From: SAR202 cluster bacterium bin16
GTDB taxonomy: Bacteria > Chloroflexota > Dehalococcoidia > Lucifugimonadales > Australimonadaceae
Length of the DNA stretch: 64,000 nt
Assembly (NCBI GenBank): GCA_002238425.1
Contig: MPMJ01000010.1
Coordinates: 4,491 to 68,490, forward strand
Direction of reading: 5' to 3'
The translations under genes and the position numbers were made by a program. Shown here in pieces: positions 57,187 through 64,000 of the stretch (the first letter of the stretch is position 1; each line of letters opens with the position of its first letter). The notes under the pieces are model-generated. The model did no database searches. It worked only from the letters and a program-made list of their open reading frames with translations, and was not told the origin of the DNA.

Positions 57187-58433
57187 GGCTGTTCGGCGGC
57201 TTCGCCGAGTTCTTCACTGCGCTGCGCTACCGGGACTTCCGGCTCTTCTGGTTCGGGCTGGTCGCACAGGTCACCGGCCAGCAGATGACCATCGTCACCC
57301 TCGGGTGGCTGGCGTATGACCTGACGCAGTCGGCGCTGGCTCTTGGGCTCATCAACCTCGTGAGCGCCGCGCCTCGCCTCGTCGTGAACCTTGCGGGCGG
57401 CGTGCTCGCCGACCGGTTCGACCCGCGGACACTCGTCGTTGCGGCACAGACGACCGCCGTCGCCGTGCTGATGGCCCTCGCCGTGCTCGCGATCACCGAC
57501 CAAGCGGTGGTGTGGCACCTGGCAGCAGCGGCAGTGATGATCGGACTGGTGCAGTCGTTCGACGAACCGGCGCGGGCGTCGTTCTTCCCACGCCTGTTGC
57601 CGAACCGGTCGCTCATACCGATAGCGGTGCCGCTCACGTCGGTGGCGTGGTCGTCCACGCGCATCGTGGCGCCGTCCGTCGCCGGGTTCGTCATCGCGGC
57701 AGCCGGAGCGGGGCCGAGCTTCTTCGTTGCAGCCGCCGGGGCAGCCGCGATGGCCGCGGTGATGCGGATGGTCCATCCTCAGCAGGCAGCCGTCGGGCGG
57801 CACGGAACGATGCTGGGCGACCTGAAGGCAGGGGCCTCCTACGTGTGGAGCCACCCGGTCTTCCGCCCGCTGCTGCTGCTGGCGCTGGCCTGCTCGGCGT
57901 TCGGGCAGGGATACATGCTCACCTTCCCGGTGTTCCAGGTCGAGGTGTATGACGTCAGCCCGCGGGAGCTGGGGTTCATGTACTCGTCGGCGGGGGTCGG
58001 AGCGATGGTGGGGCTGTTCGTGTACTCGCGCTATCTCAGGCAGCGGGGCGCGGGGCGCGTGCTGCTCGGTTCGGCCGGCTTGTTCGGGGCCATGCTGGTC
58101 GCGTTCGCGCTCACGCCGTGGTTCGAGGCGGCGCTCGTCCTGCTGTTCCTCGCTGGGGCTGTTGGCGTGATGCAGATCACGACGGGGCAGGTGATCCTGC
58201 AGACGCTGGTGGAGGACAGCCTGCGCGGGCGCGTTATGGCGCTGTACGGCGTCCACTGGGCGCTGCTGCCGGTGGGCGGCGCGATGATGAACAGCATCGC
58301 CGAGCGCACCGGCGCGCCGAGCGCCGTAGCCGGAGCAGGGGTGGCCCTGGTCGCTGTCGCCCTGGCTATCGCCCTGCTCGGGGCGGCGCTGCGCAATGTA
58401 GCGCTGCCGCAGGCCGAGCCTGCGCGAACCTAG
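57183..58433 (+). CDS. MFS transporter (MFS_3 / EntS-like, paralog of 9956..11230)
   Basis: GTG start overlapping the upstream TGA (GTGA). It has FTALRYRDFRLFWFGLVAQVTGQQMTIVTLGWLAYDLTQS. Confidence 0.8.
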   Translation: MRLFGGFAEFFTALRYRDFRLFWFGLVAQVTGQQMTIVTLGWLAYDLTQSALALGLINLVSAAPRLVVNLAGGVLADRFDPRTLVVAAQTTAVAVLMALAVLAITDQAVVWHLAAAAVMIGLVQSFDEPARASFFPRLLPNRSLIPIAVPLTSVAWSSTRIVAPSVAGFVIAAAGAGPSFFVAAAGAAAMAAVMRMVHPQQAAVGRHGTMLGDLKAGASYVWSHPVFRPLLLLALACSAFGQGYMLTFPVFQVEVYDVSPRELGFMYSSAGVGAMVGLFVYSRYLRQRGAGRVLLGSAGLFGAMLVAFALTPWFEAALVLLFLAGAVGVMQITTGQVILQTLVEDSLRGRVMALYGVHWALLPVGGAMMNSIAERTGAPSAVAGAGVALVAVALAIALLGAALRNVALPQAEPART

Positions 58434-58458
58434 GCCGCGCACCGCGAGGGTCAGGCCC

Positions 58459-58818
58459 TTATATCCGTTCGAGGTCTGCGACGGTACGCTCGTTCACTAC
58501 GTTTCCCGTATTCAGAGTTGATCTCGGCTCCACTATGAGGACGTGAGTTTCGGATTCAGCGACGGGCTGGTGCTCAATTCCCTTCTCAACAATAACCATC
58601 TGTCCTTCCTCCAAGTGGACGTCCCGGTCTCGGAATCGAATGGTTAAGCGCCCTTTCAGCACAAGGAAGAGTTCGTCCTCCTGCTCGTGGCTGTGCCAGA
58701 CGAAGTCTCCGTTGAGTTTGGCCAGCTTCACAAGGGACTCGTTGACTTCCCCGATGATTCGGGGACTCCAGTACTCATCAAACTGTGACAGCTTGTCAGC
58801 CAGGTCAATCAAGTTCAT
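58459..58818 (-). CDS. cupin domain protein
   Basis: I trimmed the ORF to the ATG at 58816-58818 after GGGAGG. It has FVWHSHEQEDELFLVLKGRL...VEKGIEHQP. Confidence 0.75.
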   Translation of the reverse strand: MNLIDLADKLSQFDEYWSPRIIGEVNESLVKLAKLNGDFVWHSHEQEDELFLVLKGRLTIRFRDRDVHLEEGQMVIVEKGIEHQPVAESETHVLIVEPRSTLNTGNVVNERTVADLERI

Positions 58819-58835
58819 CTGTCCTCCCAAGAACC

Positions 58836-59267
58836 TCAGACCTCTTCCCTTCCCATGCTGCCGAACCAGACGCCGTTGCGGTAGTTCTCAACGCCTTGCC
58901 GAGCGTACGGTACCGTGTTGCCCGGCAGGTTGGCGATATCAAACCAACGCAGGTCGTCGCACTTGTCCGGCTCCATGTTCGTCACTTCGCCGGACCACTC
59001 CGAGGCCTTCAGGAAGAAGTTGACATACTCCCTGTCGCTCATCGAGTGGATAACCCCAACCACCTCCAAGTCCGTCGGCGAGAGGTCGATACCCGCCTCC
59101 TCCCTCGCCTCGCGTATCATGGCGGTCTTGAGGTTCTCGCCTGCCTCGACATGGCCCGCAATCATGCTGTAGGAGCCGTCCGCGAACCCCGTGTTGCACC
59201 GACGCAGCATCAGGATGCTGTCACCTCTGACCAGCAGCAGGTAGACCGCAATCGGCGCCAGCAGCAT
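58836..59267 (-). CDS. NUDIX hydrolase
   Basis: Nudix box GHVEAGENLKTAMIREAREEAGI. Confidence 0.85.
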   Translation of the reverse strand: MLLAPIAVYLLLVRGDSILMLRRCNTGFADGSYSMIAGHVEAGENLKTAMIREAREEAGIDLSPTDLEVVGVIHSMSDREYVNFFLKASEWSGEVTNMEPDKCDDLRWFDIANLPGNTVPYARQGVENYRNGVWFGSMGREEV

Positions 59268-59288
59268 CGTTCCTCGGACGAGTTCCTT

Positions 59289-60458
59289 CTACAGACCGCG
59301 GCCTGCGGAGGCGTCGAGGACGGCACCCTGTTCCTCGGAGGCGTCGTACTCCCACTTGTAGTGGGGGTCCGTGTAGACCTCTTCCGGCATCAGGCTCTCC
59401 AGACCGCGCTTCCCTAGCTCTTCCTCGAACATCTCACGGACCCAGGACTCCTCGCTCGGGTATTCCACCTGGTCGAGCAGCGGGTTCATGCGGTTGGCGA
59501 GGCCGCGCATCTGGCGGATCGGGGAGAGCGCGAGGTAGCGCGCAGGCTCCACGCTGACGTTGAAGTGCTGGTGGAACCAGCGGTTCGGCGGCACGAACAT
59601 GCTGGCCTCGTGCCACGGCACGATGACCTTCTCCTCGCCCTCCGGCCACATGATGGAGTAGCCCTCGCCCGCGGGGATGATGATGACGACGCCCGGCCCG
59701 TGGCGGTGCGCCTTCTTGTAGGTGCCCGGCGGGAAGACGGACATGTGCCCGCCCATCTCCGAGTGCGGGAACTGGATGTCCACGACGTGTCCGCCGCCCC
59801 CGCGCTGGCGGTGCGGGACGAGGCCGTTCCACGCCGCAAGGTCGGTGAAGAAGTTGCCGAACCAGCTCGCGCCCCGCCCGCCCGGCGAGCGCTTGGCGAC
59901 CGAGTACAGCTCGTCCTCGGAGGTCTCCAGCAGTGTGGGGTCCTCGTAGGTGCTGTTGAAGAAGTAGGTGGGGTCGGGAACGAGCGACATGCCAACCGGC
60001 AGGTACGTGTTGGTGATGAGCCGTGCAGGACGGTCGCCACGCGCGTTCGCGAACTGGCGGACCGCGCCGCGGGGGATGACGAACAGGCTGCGCGGGCTGA
60101 ACTCGAACGTCCTGCGCTCGACGCCCTCAGCCCAGACCGTGGCGAGCCCCTGCCCTTCCGCGACATAGACGACCTCGTCCAGAGCGAAGCGAGTGGGGTT
60201 GGTCGAGCCGCCTGGCGGGATCTCGGTGATGCGGGCGTCGGCGACGCCTTCCATGCCGGCGAGCTGGATGAACGCGGCATTGCAGCCCATCTCCGGCCAC
60301 GGGGCGACTTCCAGGTTGCGGACGTCCTCCACGTAGTAGCCCTTGTGGACGGGTAGGTCGAGCGTTTCGACCCACTGATCGTAGGGGTGCAGGGGCGCCC
60401 GAGCGTCCGTGTCTATGCTGACCTTCCCGATCGTTGCTACGTCTGTCTGCTGCGCCAT
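59289..60458 (-). CDS. bicupin protein (gentisate 1,2-dioxygenase-like fold)
   Basis: 389 aa with two cupin-like halves. The second carries KKAHRHGPGVVIIIPAGEG. The exact family was not determined. Confidence 0.65.
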   Translation of the reverse strand: MAQQTDVATIGKVSIDTDARAPLHPYDQWVETLDLPVHKGYYVEDVRNLEVAPWPEMGCNAAFIQLAGMEGVADARITEIPPGGSTNPTRFALDEVVYVAEGQGLATVWAEGVERRTFEFSPRSLFVIPRGAVRQFANARGDRPARLITNTYLPVGMSLVPDPTYFFNSTYEDPTLLETSEDELYSVAKRSPGGRGASWFGNFFTDLAAWNGLVPHRQRGGGGHVVDIQFPHSEMGGHMSVFPPGTYKKAHRHGPGVVIIIPAGEGYSIMWPEGEEKVIVPWHEASMFVPPNRWFHQHFNVSVEPARYLALSPIRQMRGLANRMNPLLDQVEYPSEESWVREMFEEELGKRGLESLMPEEVYTDPHYKWEYDASEEQGAVLDASAGRGL

Positions 60459-60494
60459 AGTTCTCCTCCGAGCCTGTCAGGCTTGTCTGTGTGG

Positions 60495-60523
60495 ACTCTC
60501 GCTCGCGGCGCGCGATTCGTCAA
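60495..60523 (-). promoter_or_regulatory. candidate promoter TTGACG-17-GAGAGT for the bicupin operon
   Basis: Minus-strand reading: good -35, weak -10, about 40-nt leader with a GGAGGAG SD. Confidence 0.25.
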
Positions 60524-60548
60524 GCGCGGCAGGTGTCTGGGCAGCACG

Positions 60549-60716
60549 CTGCAACACGGATGCGAACAGAATGCGACGGGTACCCGGACACCCTGCAACA
60601 CGGATGCAGCGCAGTCGCGACACTATGCAACAGTCCATTCACTCCTGAAGAGGAGGGCATCAGGAGTGTGGTGGAGGGGCGTTCCCCGAGATTCTGTTGC
60701 ATTGTGTTGCATCCGG
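60549..60716. promoter_or_regulatory. array of phased TGCRAC(A) motifs, putative regulator operator array
   Basis: Identical 15-mers CTGCAACACGGATGC occur at 60549 and 60593. Cores lie at 60550, 60561, 60572, 60594, 60605 and 60626. An inverted tandem pair TGTTGCA sits at 60695 and 60705. Confidence 0.45.
60640..60668. other. perfect 9-bp hairpin CACTCCTGA-11nt-TCAGGAGTG
   Basis: Seen directly. It lies between the direct and inverted motif copies. Confidence 0.5.
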
Positions 60717-60833
60717 TAGGCGGTCTCGCAGGTCTAGCCTCAGCCTGTCACCAATGTACCGCTCGGGCGGGTGGGCGCGTAAGGGGCAGATGTCACAAGA
60801 GTGGCGGACCGGGATGCGGAGATTAGCGGCCTT

Positions 60834-60858
60834 ATTCACCGCAAATTCTGCGGTGAAT
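60834..60858 (-). terminator. perfect 10-bp hairpin ATTCACCGCA-aattc-TGCGGTGAAT downstream of the DUF2848 gene
   Basis: It lies 54 nt past the stop at 60912 on the minus strand. There is no U-tract, so the terminator role is tentative. Confidence 0.3.
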
Positions 60859-60911
60859 ACCTGCCGCAGCGCGGACGGCAGTTCGCCAGCGCCTGAATCG
60901 GACGCGGCCCC

Positions 60912-61634
60912 TCACCGTTCGTCGGGTTGCACCTGCTGTTGCAGCACCACGACGTCGTAGCCGAGCGATGCGAGCGGGATCCCGTCCGTGTCGAAGAGCT
61001 CCGCCTCGAAGCGGGGGGCCGGGCGAACGTTGCCGCCGAGCACGGGCAGCGTGCCGGAGAAGACGGCGGTGCCCGCGCCGGGGTCCGGGCCGATGAGTTC
61101 GAGCAGCCGCTCGGGGCGCATTAGCTGGGAGAGCGTTCCGTCCTGGTAGTCCTCCAGTTCACCGCCTTCGCTTACGCGGCTGCGGAGGCGCAGGTCGTCC
61201 CAGCGGGGCAGGAGGTCGTCGAGACGCCAGATCTGCCTGCTGAGTATCTTGGGGTAGATCTGCTTGGACTTCTCGATGGAGAGGCTCTCGAGGCCACGGT
61301 CGGTGTGGTCGCTGCCGATGCAGACGAAGATGTCGTCCCTGCCGATGAGCAGCACGTACTCGGCCTCGCCGGACGACGTGCCGTCGTACGCGTAGACCGT
61401 CCCGTCCACCTGCAGCACCTGCGGGTTCGCTACGAATATCCACGGCACGTGCGCCGGGCGCGGCACGCCCAGGAGCGCAAGCTCGGCGATGTGCTCCTCC
61501 ACCGCCGCAGGGTCGCGGCCCGTGTAGCCACCGGCGAGCAGCCTGCGAGCGAGGAAGCGCATCGGCGACCCCGCGTGGTCGAACGTGAGCATCCGGCTGG
61601 GTCTCTTCGTTACTTCTGTCCCGTTAGCGTTCAT
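60912..61634 (-). CDS. DUF2848 domain protein
   Basis: I trimmed the ORF to the ATG at 61632-61634. It has LLAGGYTGRD...HIAELALLGVPRP...GEAEYVLL. The family call is from memory. Confidence 0.65.
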   Translation of the reverse strand: MNANGTEVTKRPSRMLTFDHAGSPMRFLARRLLAGGYTGRDPAAVEEHIAELALLGVPRPAHVPWIFVANPQVLQVDGTVYAYDGTSSGEAEYVLLIGRDDIFVCIGSDHTDRGLESLSIEKSKQIYPKILSRQIWRLDDLLPRWDDLRLRSRVSEGGELEDYQDGTLSQLMRPERLLELIGPDPGAGTAVFSGTLPVLGGNVRPAPRFEAELFDTDGIPLASLGYDVVVLQQQVQPDER

Positions 61635-61974
61635 AGTGCCGCACCTCAAACGTCCGGCATCCGTCGGGCGATATCCAGGGACCATGAGGCATGCCGGGCG
61701 GGCGGCAGGCGTACATGCCGGCAGTGAACGTCTCGTTCAGCGGGATGTCGTGGATGCTGCCCTCGATGATCCAGACCTCCTCCCAGAAGTCGTGCACCTG
61801 CGGGCCCATCGCTGAGGTGTCGGTGCCCGGCTCGAACCGCAGCAGGCGCGTGTAGTCGCCGCTCACGTCGTCGCGCGAGAGTATCTGCTGACTGAGGCCT
61901 TCCACCGGCGGGATGGGCTCGCTCGGGATGCCCGAGGGATCGAAGAACTCCAACTCAGGTTTCGCCACGTTCAC
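61624..61974 (-). CDS. cupin domain protein (ChrR-like cupin)
   Basis: 116 aa with YTRLLRFEPGTDT...HDFWEEVWIIEGS. It overlaps the next gene by 11 nt. Confidence 0.7.
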   Translation of the reverse strand: MNVAKPELEFFDPSGIPSEPIPPVEGLSQQILSRDDVSGDYTRLLRFEPGTDTSAMGPQVHDFWEEVWIIEGSIHDIPLNETFTAGMYACRPPGMPHGPWISPDGCRTFEVRHYER

Positions 61975-61990
61975 TCCTCTCTTACAGCTC

Positions 61991-62914
61991 TTAAGACGTC
62001 CATAGCGCGGCGAACCGGGTCGCCACGACCTGCCGGTACGGGACAGGGCCGTCGAGCAGTCCCATCTGCCGGGCGAACCCGTTCATCTGCTCGACCGTCT
62101 CCTCCGTTATCGACGGGTCATAGTACGGCAGGTCGCGCTCGATAAGCTCTGCGATGAGCGACGCCTCCTGCGCGGGGAAGCGCTTCTCACCAACCGCAGT
62201 TGCCCGTGACGGATCCGCCTTCAGCATACGCTGCGCGGACACGATGGCGCGCACTGCGGCTGCGACCTCGTCCGGTTGTTCGGCAACCCGGCGCTTAGAG
62301 GTGACAAGTGCAGGGAACGTGTAGCCACGGGCCGCAGGCGGGCCGTCGCCGCGCCGCACGTCGAGCACGACGCTGCCCGCGCCGGAGCGCACGGCGACCT
62401 CCGTGCCCATGCCGTTCGCCCAGAAGCCGTCTATCGCGCCGTCGGCAAGCGCCCCCGCGGCCTGCACACCGAACGACACGCCGGAGCCGGTGGCGCCGGG
62501 CACGGGGCCGATGCTCACGCCGTCGCGCTCCGGGTCGATGCCTGCCTCGCGGAGCATCTGCTCCAGGCCGTCACGGGGGCCGGGCGCCGCGCCGATGCGG
62601 AGGCCCTTCACCGCTTCGATGTCGCCACGCTGGGCGTCGAGGTCGCTCCTGAGCACGAGGAACCAGTACATGTGCTGCGCGAGCGCGGCAAGCAGCGATG
62701 CGCCTTCCCACCGGGGGAACGCAGTCAGCACCGCGTGCGCTGAGCCCGCCACGTAGTCGAGCTCGCCGTCGCGCAGCATCTCCATCGCCCGTGTGACGGG
62801 GAAGACGAGCTCGATATCGGCGTCGAGGCCCTCAGCCGCGAACGCACCGAGGTCGACGGCGGCGATTGCAGGGAAGTAGGAGTTCGAGACGAGGTCGGGC
62901 ACGCCGATGCGCAA
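61991..62914 (-). CDS. NMT1/THI5-like (SsuA/TauA-type periplasmic-binding fold) protein without signal peptide
   Basis: TTG start 5 nt after GGAGGA. The protein starts MRIGVPDLVSNSYFPAIAAVDLGAFAAEGLD. No hydrophobic N-terminus is present. Confidence 0.7.
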   Translation of the reverse strand: MRIGVPDLVSNSYFPAIAAVDLGAFAAEGLDADIELVFPVTRAMEMLRDGELDYVAGSAHAVLTAFPRWEGASLLAALAQHMYWFLVLRSDLDAQRGDIEAVKGLRIGAAPGPRDGLEQMLREAGIDPERDGVSIGPVPGATGSGVSFGVQAAGALADGAIDGFWANGMGTEVAVRSGAGSVVLDVRRGDGPPAARGYTFPALVTSKRRVAEQPDEVAAAVRAIVSAQRMLKADPSRATAVGEKRFPAQEASLIAELIERDLPYYDPSITEETVEQMNGFARQMGLLDGPVPYRQVVATRFAALWTS

Positions 62915-63065
62915 GGGGTTCCTCCATGGCCGTGCATCCGGCCAGCCGCGAGTGTGCCAATCGCCGGGCGCCAGGTCAACCGGAGGAGGCGCAGCGCCAC
63001 CTCTTCCGACGATATTCGATAAAGCTCCTTAACGAACCTTCAACAGCGTGTCAATGGCGCCCGGG

Positions 63066-63071
63066 TATAAT
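63066..63071 (+). promoter_or_regulatory. perfect -10 TATAAT, 7 nt before the ATG at 63079
   Basis: No SD is present, so the geometry is leaderless-type. Confidence 0.35.
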
Positions 63072-63078
63072 CCAGGGC

Positions 63079-64000
63079 ATGCAGGCCCCCGTCGAGGACA
63101 CTCCCCAGGCATCCTGGCACAGTTCGTCCGTGGAGGACGCCCTCGAAGGCCTCGCGTCGTCAGCCTCGGGGCTGTCCTCCCGCGAGGCGGCAACGCGCCT
63201 CGCCACGTACGGGCCGAACCAGCTGACCGGCGCTCCTCCTGTCTCCGCGCTCAAACTGCTGCTGGACGAGTTCCGCAGTCCGCTCGTGCTCGTGCTCATC
63301 GGCGCGGCGGCAGTGCTGTTGGGCGTTGCGCTCATCGCAGAGGAGTCCGACCACTACATAGACGCCGGACTCATCGCGCTCATCGTGGTGCTTAATGCGT
63401 GCCTCGGATTCACGCAGAACTACCGCGCGAGCCGGGGCATCGAGTCGCTGAACCGCCTCGCCGCCCCTTCCGCAACGGTGCTGCGCGACGGCGTGGCGGA
63501 GCAGGTGGACGCCAAGGTGCTCGTTCCCGGCGATGTAGTGCTGCTGGAGGAAGGCTCGCGCATCCCTGCCGACGGGCGGGTCATCCGCAGCATCGACCTG
63601 AGCGTCGACGAAGCGGCGCTCACCGGCGAGAGCCTGCCCGTCCGCAAGAGCACGCAACCCGTCTCCGCCGACGCGTCGCTCGCCGAGCGGTTCAACATGG
63701 CGTACAGCGGCACAGTCGTGATGCGCGGCCGGGGGCGGATGCTGGTGGCGAGCACCGGCATGCAGACGGAGGTCGGCGGCATCGCTGCCGAGGTACAGAC
63801 GACGGAGAGCGAGCCGACCGTCTTCCAGCGTGAGATCGCGCGTCTGGCGACGCGTATCGGCTGGGCCGTCGCGGTGCTCATCGGTATCGTCGTCGTGCTG
63901 CAACTGGTGACCGGCGACCTGAGCCTGCTGGAAACGTTCATCACTGCCGTTGCCTTAGCCGTCGCGGCGGTACCGGAGGGACTGCCGGTCGTCCTCACGC
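63079..64000 (+). CDS. cation-transporting P-type ATPase (type II-like), N-terminal part, runs off right edge
   Basis: Not in the ORF track because the frame is open. My translation reads MQAPVEDTPQASWHSSSVEDALEGLASSASGLSSREAATRLATYGPNQL...VPGDVVLLEEGSRIPADGR...VDEAALTGESLPV...AVAAVPEGLPVVLT. Confidence 0.9.
   Translation, partial: MQAPVEDTPQASWHSSSVEDALEGLASSASGLSSREAATRLATYGPNQLTGAPPVSALKLLLDEFRSPLVLVLIGAAAVLLGVALIAEESDHYIDAGLIALIVVLNACLGFTQNYRASRGIESLNRLAAPSATVLRDGVAEQVDAKVLVPGDVVLLEEGSRIPADGRVIRSIDLSVDEAALTGESLPVRKSTQPVSADASLAERFNMAYSGTVVMRGRGRMLVASTGMQTEVGGIAAEVQTTESEPTVFQREIARLATRIGWAVAVLIGIVVVLQLVTGDLSLLETFITAVALAVAAVPEGLPVVLT

Noticed and set aside
60667-60826. A Cys-rich small ORF (VVEGRSPRFCCIVLHPVGGLAGLASACHQCTARAGGRVRGRCHKSGGPGCGD) with a GAGGAGGG sequence upstream of its GTG.
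   Set aside because: Third-position GC is only about 50%, against the strongly GC-biased third positions of neighbouring genes. The SD-like sequence sits in the loop of a hairpin. The region is better explained as regulatory DNA.

Overview
High-GC (roughly 65% by eye) bacterial chromosomal segment, densely coding: about 62 protein genes and 1 tRNA. I saw no rRNA, CRISPR array, transposase or integrase. Housekeeping genes (plsY, selA, recN, rpmE, rplU-rpmA, gyrA, thrB-lysC, rpmB, rnhB, mnmA, rsfS, ndk, tsaB-tsaE-thiL, rpsP-KH-rimM, yebC) alternate with catabolic modules. These are a hydantoinase A/B + D-aminoacylase-like operon, PrpD-family + Rieske oxygenase, an aromatic-type cluster (LigB extradiol dioxygenase, Rieske alpha/beta, amidohydrolases), a cupin-rich cluster, four MFS/DMT transporters and a partial P-type ATPase. 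Main findings: (1) A DUF3179 lipoprotein gene is split in the ORF track only by an in-frame TGA. That TGA sits where I recall the family's conserved CxxC cysteine, a hairpin follows it, and selA is in the same window, so it is a candidate UxxC selenoprotein. (2) A 101-bp tandem duplication (96/101 identical) frameshifts a Pta-N-terminal-like gene. (3) An 837-aa surface protein carries two 7-bladed compact RCC1-like propellers on Pro-Thr stalks, including a perfect 18-bp tandem repeat. (4) A 453-bp intergenic region holds a helically phased TGCAAC motif array. (5) rnhB has no canonical start codon upstream of its conserved N-terminus and is in frame with mnmA across a TGA. (6) Several -10 boxes lie 6-9 nt from start codons, suggesting leaderless mRNAs. 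(7) There are several intergenic repeat families and two decayed gene remnants. The gene content and repeats are reminiscent of Chloroflexota, but that is only a low-confidence guess. Product calls come from my recognition of translated motifs; no database search was run.
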